DNA from: Folioceros fuciformis
Taxonomy: Eukaryota
Assembly (NCBI GenBank): GCA_049999805.1
Contig: JBNGIO010004581.1
Span: 32,030 to 66,334 of the forward strand
Length of the DNA stretch: 34,305 bases
Direction of reading: 5' to 3'
Made by a program: the position numbers and the translations under genes. This document shows positions 21,674-34,275 of this stretch, one piece after another. The notes below the pieces were generated by a model, which saw only the letters and a program-made list of their open reading frames with translations, ran no database searches and was not told the DNA's origin. Numbering within the stretch: position 1 is the stretch's first letter; each line of letters starts with the position of its first letter.

Positions 21674-22580
21674 TCACTTATCTAGGGACACTAGGACTGA
21701 AACTAGCTTATCAGCTGGACAATCAGTAAACAACGATGCAGGATAGACTGCACTCCCCCACTTGGGATGTAGGACAATCTTGCAACATCCCGCGTTGGCA
21801 AATGGATACCGCAAAAGAGTTACCAGTGCCTCCACTTCACTCCAGGCAGTGTTCCCTTGCCGGCTGATAACCTACAGGCAGACGTCCATAAGACAAACCA
21901 ATCTGCATCGGGTTTCAACCCAGGCGATTGAAATGAAAGAAGAGAACAATACCGGTAGGCCGGAACAGGGATCAATGTAATCAGCGAAATAACCCTCTGA
22001 AGCAAGGTTCTTGCATACAAGTTGAGCCCATTCCATAAACTGCAAAGGAAAGGTGACTCGTCAGAGAACGCAATCCCACCCGCACTACACTTCGCCCGAA
22101 GACGAGGTGACAGATCGTTACAAATTTACCGTTTCCAGGCATTTATCCTTTTCCTCTTCCACGGTCGGACCGACGCCAACTAAATCAACTGCTGCATGTT
22201 GGCAAGTAGGCACTATGAGCAATTTACTAGCATCACGCCCGGGGAAGACAGCTTCCACAGCGCTGCGCAGCAGCCTTGGACATTCTGCGCCACAAAATCC
22301 ACACTTGTTCAGCCACTTCTGCTCCCAATCAGCCACAACCCAAATTACGCAGCGAAGGGAACAAATCCCCGCCGCAAGAATCTAGCCACACTTAAAGGCG
22401 CCCACCCGATCCCCAATCCCTAATCAAAACAGACAGCAGATCTAGCGACACAGGAATCGCTCAACACAGCGTACGGTGGACAGAAATTTCAATCCCTCGA
22501 GCGTTGCTCCACACGCTGCACAAGCACGTGTTCTTGCGCTTCCTCCTCCTCTCCTCCTCCTCTCCTCCGTTGCACACCAT
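21674..22580 (-). CDS. MMADHC/CblD-like cobalamin trafficking protein, ~181 aa. Exons 22580-22475, 22284-22130, 22039-21953, 21871-21674
   Basis: Spliced translation GIEISVHQCPRLLRSAVEAVFP..LLIVPTCQHAAVDLVGVGPTVEEEKDKCLETFMEWAQLVCKNLASEGYFADYIDPCSGLP...LLRYPFANAGCCKIVLHPKWGSAVYPASLFTDCP matches the MMADHC motifs (ADFIDPSSG, GCCKV..H..WG). 546 nt spliced CDS, in frame. Confidence 0.88.
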
Positions 22581-23274
22581 CTCCCTTCCCTTCGACGCCG
22601 CTCCCTACTCCGGGCAACGCTCCCGCACACACCAAGTGCCAAATTCCTCCGCACAAACGATCTCCTCACGCGGACCACCAGAACACACACAAACACGAAT
22701 TCGTCAACACCATTGGTCCGGACTCATGTGAAGCATGAGCTGGTGCGTGAATCGGCCAGCAGTCAAGTCCATGTTCGCGCCACCTCCGCCACTCATGGCC
22801 ATTAAACACCCGAGGCCGATAGTCGTTCTCCAGCCTCGGCGACCCGACTGTGGGCCCCACTTGTCGACCTGCTGGCCCTCACTGCCTTTTGTGACTCCAG
22901 GCAAGAATCGTGCGCGCAGGACACCTCTTTTTTAACAAACTTTGCTACAAACGCTACCAACATGTGGTCCTGCTTTTCCAACAGCACACAAGAGTGAATT
23001 ATGTCCATGTGGCCGTTCTATTCATATATCATATCCCATAATATATTTATATCCAGTATGAAAAATAGTTTCATAAATTGCCTCAATGTAGATTGGGTTG
23101 GACATTATGTGATGCTTTTAGGTGATTTTGTTTATTTGAATTTATGGTTTTTTAAACTTGTGATTAGATATTAAATGAAATAAAATAGATAAATAGTTAT
23201 AAATATTTAACTTAAAGAATAGTTTTTTAAAACTCGAACATTAGATTAAAATTTTTTTTCTTTATAATAACCTG

Positions 23275-24395
23275 TGTCATCTCAAACTAAAAGCTACCCT
23301 TACCTTTTGGAAGGTTGTGCAAAACATGTTTAAGACCCATACTACTTTTCCTTTGATGTTTTCTCTTCAATACATGTAGTGAAAAGTGGGAAGAAATAAA
23401 AGTTTCATTTCTTTCTACTTTTCACTTAGGGCTAATCTAAGTGGTTAACCTACTGAAGATGAACATGTTGCCTAATTCATAGTCTAACGGCTATCAAGAT
23501 GCATGTTTTGCATGCTTCATGCGGCTTGGGGAAGATGCATGTGTTCCATGCTTCATGCCTTACACAAGACCTAGTTAATGATGCATTTGTTGCATGAAAC
23601 ATGCTAACCATTAAAGATGCAGGTGTTGCATGCTTCATGTGGCCCTATCGAGCATGCATGCCATTAATGATGGATGTGGTGTATGCTTTACGTAGACTGC
23701 CTCTACAAGATGATGCATGTGGTGCATGCTTTACCTAGACTGCCTCTGAGAGATGATGCATGTGATGCATGCTTTACCTACATTGCCTCTAAGAGATGAT
23801 GCATGTGAGAGATGATGCATGTGATGCATGCGCTACCTAGATTGCCTCTAAGAGATGATGTATGTGGTACCTGCTATATGTTAACTGCCTCTAAGGGTAG
23901 ACTGTGCCTTGTTTGACGATGCATGTGTTTTCTTTAGTGCAAACCTACTAAGAGAGTGGCTACTTGCAGGATATATAAACAGGCTAGTCTAGGACCAAAG
24001 ACTTGGGTGAGGACACTCATTCTTTGCAAAAGAGACTAAGTTGTGAGCCTGATGCGGAGCGTGTGGAGAGAAAGGTTGTTAAGAGGCAAGGGGGTGGTTT
24101 ATGAGTCATTAGTAGATAGTGGTGGGCTATTTGGAGCTTAGATAGTGGCAAGCTACTTGGAGCTTAACATTGTGTTGTGTGAGAGTTGGAAGAGAGAGTT
24201 GTGCAGCTACACTCTTGTATAAAGTGAATTCATGAGGTCTAAAGCTTGGGGCCTTTGTGTAGCTCTAGAGATCTAGTGCATTCAATGCTTTTGAGAGCAT
24301 AGACTATCAGTCAAGGGTCTTGAATACAAGAGTAACTTGGAGGCCTAATGGTGTCTAGTCCTCTTGTAAGGTTTTTTTTGTTGTTTTTGGTAACA
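23275..24395 (+). mobile_element. Degraded LTR-like segment (solo or truncated LTR)
   Basis: Begins TGTCATC and ends GGTAACA (imperfect terminal inverted repeat); internal tandem repeats; TATA-like gatatataaa at ~23970 followed by a GA/GT-rich stretch; strong CG depletion with catg/tgca excess. No target-site duplication found. Confidence 0.5.
23455..23897. repeat. 43 bp tandem repeat array with older degenerate units upstream
   Basis: atgatgcatgtggtgcatgctttacctagactgcctctaagag-like units at 23667, 23710, 23753, a partial unit, then two more; gatgcatgt..tgcatgcttcatg units from ~23498. Confidence 0.9.
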
Positions 24396-24430
24396 AGTCT
24401 TATGATTTCAAGATGGGTTTAGTCAATAGA

Positions 24431-24520
24431 GAAGAAACAAACAAGCCGCGACAACAAGAAGCAAACAAGCCACGACAACAAGAAGCAAAAAAACTGATAA
24501 CAAGAAGCAAACAAGCTAGG
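24431..24520. repeat. 24 bp tandem repeat x3-4
   Basis: gaagcaaacaagccacgacaacaa-like units. Confidence 0.85.
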
Positions 24521-24922
24521 TGTAGAACGGAATGGGATAACAATACAAGCACGTATGACATGCTATGCAGCATTGGCTATTCATGGCAAGATGAAAGACT
24601 CAATAAAGAGAAGTTTTGGTTGAATAAAAATAAAAATATCAAAGAGATTCCACAACTCATAAATTTTTTTTGCCTAAAAGTGAAAACAAGGATTAAATCA
24701 AAAGTGTTTCATGGAAAGTCAAGTACTATGGGGACTACTTGAATGCGCATTTGAAAACGTTTGTTAATAATTCTTTTCTTTTTAATCTTTTTAACCTTTT
24801 TTGCACTAGCTGAGTATGGCTCTAACAACCACATGTTTCTAGAAAATTCGACTTTTATAGTCCAGGACACACACCAAGGTTAATACGCAATAAGGATCAT
24901 GTCCAACCACTACTTAGCCGAT

Positions 24923-25732
24923 CTACAACTTTTGCTGCGCAATGGATATAGAGTCTACAAGACATCGTAATTGGGCAACCTTTTCCAAAATCTTTGCCCT
25001 CACCAAAAGATCTCTCATGGTGCTCTTGGGAAGACTAGATTCAAGAGCTGAAAGCTTTAGATGGATTAGAGTCTCATCTAACGTCTCCAAGATAATATCA
25101 AGTTCCCCACATCTCCGAGCAATCCACAGTTCCAGCTGCCCGGTGCTTGATGGAGAAGCTTGTGACGAAATCTCCTTTGATCCTAAGAATGTCAAAATCT
25201 GCTCTAAGATCTGATTATAATTTTTATATACTCGGTTGTTTAAGAAATAATCGTGGAAAGCAAAACACGCCGTTCCCATTGCTCCAACCAATGCTATTCC
25301 CGATGACACCTCCTGCAGCCTCTTAATCCGTTCCACTGAACTCGTGCTTGTCATGCCAACCAGGACCATTCCCACAGATCCTAGAAGGGAAAACTTGGCC
25401 ACATACTCCATTGACGTTCTTCTGCGAGCCTGGCAAACTAAGGGAGCTTGCAAGGCTTCATTCACTTTTCTTACTGAGCTCTCCAGTAAGATCCATAAGG
25501 CAGGTCCCCTGGTTAGAAGCAGCCCTCGAAGATCGTTTTCAGACACCTCTACTAACATTAAGATCTCAAATAGCTTCCGCCATAGCATGGAAGCTATCTC
25601 CGAGTCTTGAGATGCCACCATGGAAAATGTTACTAATTCTCTGGCTGTTGTTTGAAGCACTTGTGCAGCAGTTTTCTCGATTCCATGTTCATCCAACACG
25701 CTAACAAGACGCTCCATCTCAGTTCTGCTCAT
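24923..25732 (-). CDS. Intronless hypothetical protein, ~269 aa, helical with two predicted hydrophobic segments
   Basis: Stop-free ORF with ATG in ctaccATGa context at 25732; hydrophobic FSLLGSVGMVLVGM and GIALVGAMGTACFAF; family not recognised. Confidence 0.55.
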   Translation of the reverse strand: MSRTEMERLVSVLDEHGIEKTAAQVLQTTARELVTFSMVASQDSEIASMLWRKLFEILMLVEVSENDLRGLLLTRGPALWILLESSVRKVNEALQAPLVCQARRRTSMEYVAKFSLLGSVGMVLVGMTSTSSVERIKRLQEVSSGIALVGAMGTACFAFHDYFLNNRVYKNYNQILEQILTFLGSKEISSQASPSSTGQLELWIARRCGELDIILETLDETLIHLKLSALESSLPKSTMRDLLVRAKILEKVAQLRCLVDSISIAQQKL

Positions 25733-26621
25733 GGTAGTGAGAGGCCCGTGTGCACAGCACACGTATGTATCGTAAAATTTAAGCACCCGACGCAGTCCCT
25801 GCACTTCTGCCCCTCTAGATGAGATCCTTAAATAATCTGAACTTGATAGTCAAGTATGTTGAGACGTCCGCTTTCTACAACCTGCGCTTCCGAGGTCAGA
25901 GTGTGAGCCTTAACATTCCTCCCTTCTCCCGTAAGCATGAGCGTTCCGGCCAGCTGGCTCCCTCCTTGCTGTTACCACCAACAAACTATTTAGCTCACAT
26001 ATTTTGTTATCATAACCACCATGAGCAGCCCTCAAGTACACTACCCGAGCGAGAAACCAGTCCAGCAGCAACGTGATCAAACCGTCTGATCCTTTCCGTC
26101 GGAAGGGGAGCTTCTGCTTCGGGTGTAATAGTTCATCTCACATGAACATTGTACAACCGTGTAAGTTGTACACCATAACAAACATGCGTGCACTTCGAGT
26201 TGCGTACTACACAGGAACTGCTGCACCACAAAAATTACCATCAACATGGCATTTCGTACTGTACTGGATGCAGGACTGAGATAAACTGTCTCCTCCCAGC
26301 TGCCAGCAACGACTTACACCAGCTTCCAGGAATTTCATGCCTCACTTGGCTCGATAAAGGGCAGCCTGAGGAGCACCAAAGGCAGGTCACGGTCCTGGAT
26401 GAAGGCTGCAATGAGCATTTGGTGTAGGGTCAGAGGTACTCCACGTGTTTCATTATCACGAGACTCCGTGCGCCTTGCACGAGCAAAATGCTTCACGTTT
26501 TGCGGTTCTCATCATCTTCTCGTCCGGACGTGAGGGGAATAGGCGCCTAGTCTCGAACTTCCTCCCCGATGGGAAGTGCAGTGTGACACTCTTAGCGCCG
26601 TGATAGCTCTTCCGTTGGCCC

Positions 26622-28630
26622 TCATTTGGTACTCTGTAGCGGAGGCTGTCCAAAGATTTGCATCACCAAACTTCCACCTGCCACACACCAAGTCACCATG
26701 TTCCAACTTCTTCAGTCAGCCAGCCTTTCAGGTTGGGGATTGGAAAGCCGTTTTCAATTCCATCACCTAAGATGAAGAAGGATCCCAGCCAGCCGTGTGG
26801 GCCCCATCGTTCCCCGAGCAAAATCCACGCCACAGCCGCCCCCCACAAAGGTTCCAAGGTGTAGATAACAGCTGTTTCCGTCGCAGTAACATCCCGCATA
26901 GCCACCACCTGGGACAACACATGTCAATTCGAGGAGCGATGTGACTTTGACGACTGCTCAGGACTTCGCCAATGTAGAGTTACCTCAATCCATAGGCAAA
27001 ATGCAGTCGTTAGCAAGCCGGTATAGAGCATGGGCCACAGAGGTAGGCTGGTCACACAATCCCAACAACCAGCCCAGCTCGTGGACAAATTTGCTATATC
27101 CACATCCTTCCCGGAGGTTAGGAAATCACAGCCCGACCAGATACACGACACCACTGCAATCACAAGGAGCTGTGGAAAATTTCAGTAGCTAATCAGCACT
27201 GATTTGAACGAAGGAGCTGGATCACTGAAACGACATTAGCTTCCTTTACCTGAAGAGCAATGAGGGCAGTGGCAGTGTCGCTTTTCATGGACTTCGAGTA
27301 GTGCTCTGTTCTGAAAATTTGGATACCACCGGCAACAGCACTAATAAATGTGTACAAATCACCAACCTGCATGCAGGAGAGCAGTTGCTGTGTTACAGCT
27401 CCAAATCCACATGCTCGTTAACGTCCTCAAAGATAGCCGGAATTGGGGAAGAACCTACGGTGGGGGCACTGTCACTTGACTCAAGCAAGGCGACTCCTAG
27501 AAGAGCAGCAGCTGCAGCCCCCCAAGTGAGCTTAGGAATGCGAGCCCCAAAACAACCTGCTAAAAGGGGCACAACTATCACCTGCGTCAAGATTGCAATG
27601 TTGAGCAATTATGCCAGAGTGCAGTCCAGGACGATAGAATAATTCATCGCCTGTACTGTTCTGGTCTGACCGTCTGTTACCGTGAATGTAGAAATGAAGG
27701 ACGCACGTCCAGCCTCTGTGGTGAGAACTCCAACGGCCTGGGTGAGATAACCTAAACTGGCCCATGCTCCCAACTCCAAGCCCGCTAGCCGGACTTGATC
27801 ATCCTTCCAGGCGGTGTGCAGAAATGGCGAAAAGGCTAAAGTGGCTATGCCAAACCTTCCTGCCGCAAATAACGCAGGATCCATACTTATCTCCACCTCC
27901 TTGAGGACAGCTATGTTGGTGCCTGCCAAACCAAGTCGAGACAAGGAGGAGGCAAATGTCAAGCCACAGTTGCACAACTGTTCTGCTGGTGGGACATGGT
28001 CATGGGCGGAAGACTCTGAGACCGGTGCCAGTACAGCATCTACCTGGCGCGAGAAGTAGGATGATGTCACTAACCGTACAACATGGTGAGAAGGTTGAGA
28101 AGTATAATTCCTCTGGTGCGGGGCGTGACTGTGTCCCTCAGCTTCATCCACCATTGATGCCGTATCGGTTGACCTGAGGCTGCCTCTTCCCTCGTCTCGT
28201 CCAACTCCGTAGACACCGTCCCACCATTCGCGTCGTTTTCCCGGCCGGGCCCAGCCTTGCTGCCATGGACCGTCCCCTCCAGCCTTGCACAGCTCCCCGG
28301 AATGTGGACCACGCCTGATTCGGTTGCGTGCCCGGGCAGGAATATGCTGTTCACAACGATACGAGTATCGCGAACAGGCATGCCCACAGCCATGTCCTGT
28401 TCTCCTGACTCAGTCCTACTCTTCTTGGATTCACAAACCAGCGATCCAGGTGATTTGCGAACTGCATGGATATGCTGAAGACATCCTCTGGCACACCCCT
28501 GCTCAGCAATTGTACCACCGCCTCCTCCACGGCTTCGACCCAAGACAACACGTGCCCGAGAGTGAGGCCCTTGCCAGGCCCCACACGATTGAGCTCCAAG
28601 AGCGGATATCCTCATCTTGGTGCAATTCAT
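26622..28630 (-). CDS. EamA/DMT-family transporter with long transit-peptide-like N-terminus, 7 exons: 28630-28075, 27922-27681, 27581-27459, 27366-27250, 27169-26984, 26908-26767, 26677-26622
   Basis: RGIILLNLLTMLYGTN, AAGRFGIA, AGLELG.WASLGYLTQAVG, AGRASFISTFTVIVVPLL, LYTGLLTTAFCLWIE, AVIYTLEPLWGA..AWILLGERWG; junctions in frame. Confidence 0.9.
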
Positions 28631-29035
28631 CTACTGTAGAGCGTAGATGTTCCTAGCTTAGCCACTTGCCGGTGCTGGGGTTTCATCGACTCTTCCTCGT
28701 CCAGTCTGGAGTGTAGAAGTTCAGCAAGCTCACAAACGCTGTTGCAAACCACGCTGAGCACAGGGGATCTGCGCAGGCACAGATCCCTCCGTTAGTCGCA
28801 CACATTGAACGCCACTGGCAATTACAGAATTCAGCATGAGAGTCGGGAGGAGCAGACGGACTGAGGATTCAGACAGGCGGGTGTGGATGAGTCGGCTCGC
28901 AGGATTCGTCAAGAGCTCCAGCGTGAAGTTCTCCTCTGTCTGTAAGTTCAACTCGTTCCTGACGGAAATCCGTCAGAAGACCTGAAGTAGAATGTGTCGT
29001 GTTCGGACCACGAGCCCAAGCTAGGCAAGGAGAGG

Positions 29036-29065
29036 CGAGCCGAGCCGAGCCGAGCCGAGCCGAGC
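29036..29065. repeat. (CGAGC)n microsatellite in the putative EamA 5' region
   Basis: cgagccgagccgagccgagccgagccgagc. Confidence 0.9.
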
Positions 29066-30216
29066 AGGAACGTCGAGATAACAGGAGAGGGGAACGGGAA
29101 TGGTGAATTAGGAGAGGCTGGTCTAATCGTGCTGATCTCAATAAGATTTTGGTCGAGCCAAATTTAGAATTTAGCAAATATTCCAGCTTGATCCACTCAC
29201 AAGACGCGACGCACGACAAATTGCTGGCTGGACACTACAGCTATTCGGCAACAGGCCACGGCCGAAACATGCTGCCCGGATAATCACTTGGCTGACCTGA
29301 CCACGCACATACGTACGTGTCCTTCAAGGCGCGGAGACAACCGGTATCCCCCAATTCGGCCAGCTTGAATCGTACAGATCATCACATCGTGTTACTTTAA
29401 ACGGCACTTCCCGACGAGATATCTATTCACAAGGTTTTTGTTAATGTCCAGCCCTCAAAGCCGGTGGCACGGCTGGCGGTCCATCACCGACATCATTCAC
29501 TTCCTCTTGATCAGCCTACTTTCATCAACTACTTCCATCGGATTGGCAGCTGGATAAACATCAAGGGAAGAGCTTGCTTTCTCCGCCAGAAGACTGGTCC
29601 CTCCTTTTTTAGAGGTCGAAGCTCGGGTGAAGTACATCTGTGCCAAGTCAAACTTTGCTCAGGATAGGTATCAGGACCAATTGCCGCAGCCTCGACGAGC
29701 GGTCAGAACCAGTTACTTCCATCACCCAGTCACTTATCACAGTGTTTGTCTCAAATTTTGGGAACAGATCAGATGTAAGACTGAACGTAAATTTGAGTCC
29801 TCGTCTACATCACCATCGCCTTCCATCATCCCAGTTAGCAACACTTCGTCAGACTCTTAATCAGACGTCATTTTCATCAGAACCGTGCACCTGATATCCC
29901 ACGAACACCTGGCCAGGTTTTGCAGGAAGGTCAGACACAGGCTTCGTCTCCTGAGCAGATCAGTCTCATCCAGGTTCCAAGCGCATGCGCTCAAGGCAGA
30001 AGGTGCTCCAACTTCATGATGATGTGCATGAACTCATGTATTCCAACAGCTGTGTACAAATGAAGAAATGTGGATTACTCCAGAAATTGAGATCCTACTT
30101 GACCCTGAAGTAACTCGACACAAGGGACGAGAGCACATAGACTTGTGTACACTACATTCGCACAGGAGGATGCAACGCAACTCTCTTGTGGATTCTCAAT
30201 GCCACTCCAGCTTGAG

Positions 30217-33200
30217 CTACCGTTGAGTGGAAGGTTGCTGGGACATAACTTGTGGCCGTGCCTCAATGCAATCATAATGGATCACAAAGTTCTCCTGCAC
30301 CACAAAGATACGAATCGATCAACAACTACATCATCACGAATACCACAACTTAAGCATCATGGTCAAATGGCTATCAGCCTATCTGCCAACCGAGCATAAC
30401 AACAGCCAACAATGGTACACCTTGTTTAAGGTTTCCCATTTGCTCGGATCAAAATAGCAGTAATGGCCCCGTTCATATGCATGTGTTTTGGCCAAAACTT
30501 CAGTGTTCGGCATTCTAGTAAACCACTTTTTGAGCTCCTTGTGATAGAACCACCCTCTATTGCACCTACAGGAGAGAAATGGAAGGCAAGAAAATTAGTA
30601 CGCCGAAACGCATTGCCTCCCAGCTCTCTCCCTCTACTCAGCATGAAAACAGTGAGTGTCAAACATTCCTAGACACAAGAAAGCAAGATAAACAGGCACT
30701 TACAGCTCATCCGCAGCATACAACTGGGCTTCATCATTTGGCATGCTGCAAACAATAATCACAACATGAATTCAGCACCGTATAGCCGACAACCGAGCAT
30801 CAAGAATCATTGAACCCGCACACACCAGAAGAATGTCAGACTTGACACTGACATACCTGTAAAAGGCATAAAATAAGGTCTCCTGCTGAGCCTTCCTGAA
30901 AACCCCTGGCTGGAGTGTCACATCAAAGGAACTGAGTTAATAACCAGTAGAAGCAATGCAGACGCTCAACATACATAATGATATCAACGAGGGCCTAAAG
31001 ATCTCTTCAAATCATGGACAGCCTAGACAGATCCATGTCAAACGCAACATAAAACATAACTCTGTTCGATCAAGGAACTGCGGCAGCAAATGCAAGCAGA
31101 AAAGGAAGAAACAGACAACCTGCATGCAACTATCAAGAAAAAGCTTGCAAAATCCGAGCAGGCAACACGGGATCTCACCTGCAACCTAGGAGGAGCTTGC
31201 TGAATGTAGCATTGCGGCAAACTGTACTCAGGGTCGCCCCTGATAGGACCATCTGCCCACGGAGACGCAAAAGTTTTGTACAAATTATCTCTTGAATTCA
31301 GATTAAGCCCCAATGTTGTCAAATCCGTTCCCAATGCTAGTGTCGTGAGGTCATCATGCCCCATCTTGATCACCCCTAGCAGCCCTCTCAAGCCAAATCT
31401 GTCATCAGCTCCTGGACCTGAGAACCTATTTAAGGCAATTTCCCTGGCAGACTGCCCAGCATTCGAAATTGACTGCTGGTGAGCCCTAGCTTGCTGCTGC
31501 TGCTGTTGTTGATGGTGCCGATATTGCTGTGAAACAAGCTGATCATATGGCACTCCCAATCCAGAGGAAGATCCAGAGCGTAACCCAGGCATTGACACCT
31601 GTTGTCCACTACCACCTGGAGGTCCCCCAATCTGAGCATCATGAAAGGAGGTTTCAGTGATTTAGACCACAACTAGTATGAAGTTGGTTAAGCGAGGAGC
31701 TTGCACAAGCACTGGCCTTGAATGCTTCGTCATACCTGGGATTGATAAGAAGTTGAAAGGCCGTGCGATGACTGGAAAGCATCAGACATCACCCCATGCA
31801 GCTGGTTGAGATCGGAAAGATTTGCTGCAACTCCAGACCCAGGAGCTCCACCAACTGCTGAGCCCACTGTTTGGTGTTGATGCTGGGGTTGCCGCTGGGG
31901 CATGTAAGACTGTGCCAACGAAAAGCTTCCTGACCTTGAGAGTTGTTGCTGTTCCAAGAACCACCAAAAGTCCAGGGTTTCAGGATACTCACGGTATCAA
32001 AACGCAAGGCAACAAGGAAAACAGAAGAAATCAGAAACAGACTGAATCCAAGCAGAGGGCTTACGCCATAATGCTGCTGCATGGCCACCAAAGCATCATG
32101 CTGCTGCTGTTCTTTCAAGTCCACTGCCAAATCATTGACTCCACCTGCTACACGTAGGCAGGCACACAGAAGTTACATAAACTCAGGATCCAGTGTGCAC
32201 TCGGGTGCCAATTGCAAACTCAGCTGCAAACATGATGCGATTGCTATCATAGACCAGACCATGATGTCTAAGGATACATCTCAACCCGAGATAGACAGAG
32301 CTTGGCTGCACACCTCACATCTTAACTGTTTTCCTTCCGCCCTGACCTTTTTAAAAGCTATGACAAAAGAGTAGGTACACCTCAGATGTTGCCTAATCTG
32401 TTTGGAACCAGGGTAAGAACTACCTTTAAAGCCTGGCAAAGCGGGGAAGTCTTCACTCTGTATGCTAAACTCTTGGTTCTGCTGGACGAGTGCATTTACA
32501 GCTTGCTTCCTGATGGCTGCAGCAAAATTTTGAGAAGGCACGATCAGCTCCTGAGTTTAGAAGGTGGCATCTGAGTAATGCCTGGAGAGGACAGGTAGCA
32601 ATGTTTTTTTGTGTGTTGAGACACTATAGGGGGCAGGGCATATGAACAACACTACACCCAAATTGGCTCATAATCCCATCGTCAAACCTCAGACGCCATG
32701 GACACGCTCAGATACTAGAATTTTCATTCAGGTTATCCGCCCAAATAGACACAGAGCAGCGCAACACTTGCTGTAGTGCATTATAAGTTCCTGAAAGCGT
32801 TCTGAGGGGCCTCAAACCACAAAAATCCCATACTGTAGGCATGAACTCTGCTTGTAAAGTTTTAAAACAGCTCAGCTGAGTGCAACACGAACCCCAGGTG
32901 CACAAGTTATGCCAGCTCATCCCTACGGACACATCCAAGTGGCAAGAACAGCCTGGACAGAAACAGGACATTCATTCCGCCAGCAAACCTGCAGCAGCAC
33001 CTTGGAGGCTACCAGCCGATGTCGGCCTGGAACTAAGTTGAGGAAACTCGTTGATATCAAATTGATGGCCATCTGCTCTGCCCCCATCCCTAGGCATTCC
33101 CATGGTACTGAGCTGTCCGTTGGCTGTGGGTGCTTGTACTTGCATACCTGCACCTGGAAAAAAAACAGAAGGGTAGCAGCAGCATGAATTCCCATTCCCC

Positions 33201-34052
33201 CCGGATTCGTAACCACCCTAGGCAATCCCTGGAGCAGTCAGTGGCGCAAAAGGCAGCGCCCTAAGCTCAAGAGCTCCGTTTGCCTACAACTCATGGAGGG
33301 GAAGGGATCCGGTAGGGTAACAGGAGGGGGATGGAAATTCGATTCATGTACCAACCTCGGCTCTGAATCATGGCCAGTATATCTCCCGACGGATTGTAGG
33401 TGGTAGAGGACAAACCCTGCTGCTGCAGCAGCGAGTTGCCCGGCCGACCAGGCCCGAGTTGCCCCCCTTGGCCCATTTGCACAACACGAGAATTGCCATT
33501 GAGCGAGGGGCCATTGATGGAAGTCCCAGGCCCGGGCCCAGCCCCAGCGGCTCCCTGAGCCCCGGCCCCGGTCCTGCCCAAGCTGCTGCCTCCGGCGGCC
33601 CCTCCCAGACTGTAACTTCCTACGTTGGCAGCGGCGCCCCCCGCGCTTCTTGGACCTGCCACAGGCTGCAACTGCGAGGGCGAAATGCCTATAGGGCGGC
33701 CGTCCAGCAGGTAATTTAGAGACTGGTTAAGCGTGGGCGTATTCATCTGATTCAGGCTCTGCGTGAGCGTCTGGTTGAGTGCCTGGTTCATGGCCCCTAA
33801 GCGCTGCGAGCCCGAGCCCCCCGCCGGCGCTGCTGCCGCCCCCGGGGGCACCGCCAGCCCTAGCCCGGCATTCACGCTGTTGTTGCTGCCAAAGGCGTGG
33901 TGGCCGCTCAGATTGTAGCCCGCTCTGTTGCCCATGGCATTGTGGCCCTGCATGGCGGGCGTCACTCCCTGCCCTCTCCCCGCTCCACCCCGTCCCCGCG
34001 CCTCATCCCGGCTCCCAATCCGCTGCCCGTCACGCAGATCCACCGTGCTCAT
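30217..34052 (-). CDS. NOT2: CCR4-NOT subunit NOT2 / VIP2-like, ~10 exons (approx. 34052-33356, 33153-32989, 32516-32424, 32144-32065, 31948-31736, 31598-31179, 30908-30857, 30745-30703, 30565-30421, 30294-30217)
   Basis: FDINEFPQLSSRPTSAG, QQNQEFSIQSEDFPALPGFK, DRFGLRGLLGVIKM, LALGTDLTTLGLNLNS, LYKTFASPW, ETLFYAFYSMPNDEAQLYAADEL, RGWFYHKE, YERG.Y.YFDP..WET (NOT2/3/5 domain). Start codon less certain. Confidence 0.92.
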
Positions 34053-34226
34053 TTCCCACGTCTCTGCCTCTGCCGCTGCCGGCCCGCTGCTCCATACACG
34101 CCGCCGCCGCCGCCCTCCTCCTCCCCCTCTCCGCCTGAATGTTGCCTCGCCCGGGACGGAGCCAGCGCTGCCGGGCTATGCTAGGCTGGGACAGGCGAGC
34201 TTCCTTAGCCGGCGCACACTGCCGCC

Positions 34227-34275
34227 TTCGCCTTCCGCTTCCGCTTCCGCTTCCGCTTCTCCTCCTCCTCCTCCT
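34227..34275. repeat. (CCGCTT)n / (CCT)n simple repeats upstream of NOT2
   Basis: ccttccgcttccgcttccgcttccgcttctcctcctcctcctcc. Confidence 0.85.

Noticed and set aside
23455-23897. Regularly spaced repeats as a CRISPR array
   Set aside because: Units are contiguous tandem copies without unique spacers, there are no cas genes, and the context is eukaryotic.
24413-24742. 109 aa ORF with NKPRQQEA repeats
   Set aside because: Derived from a 24 bp tandem repeat in AT-rich repeat DNA; no coding support.
8931-28630. Cluster of bacterial-ancestry genes (typA, kdtA, EamA, hydrolase) as an HGT island or contamination
   Set aside because: Most have spliceosomal introns and targeting-peptide-like extensions, and they resemble ordinary plant nuclear orthologs.
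28700-30200. Short ORFs or a possible snoRNA between EamA and NOT2
   Set aside because: No convincing paired C/D boxes, tRNA fold or protein motif; consistent with UTR and promoter sequence.
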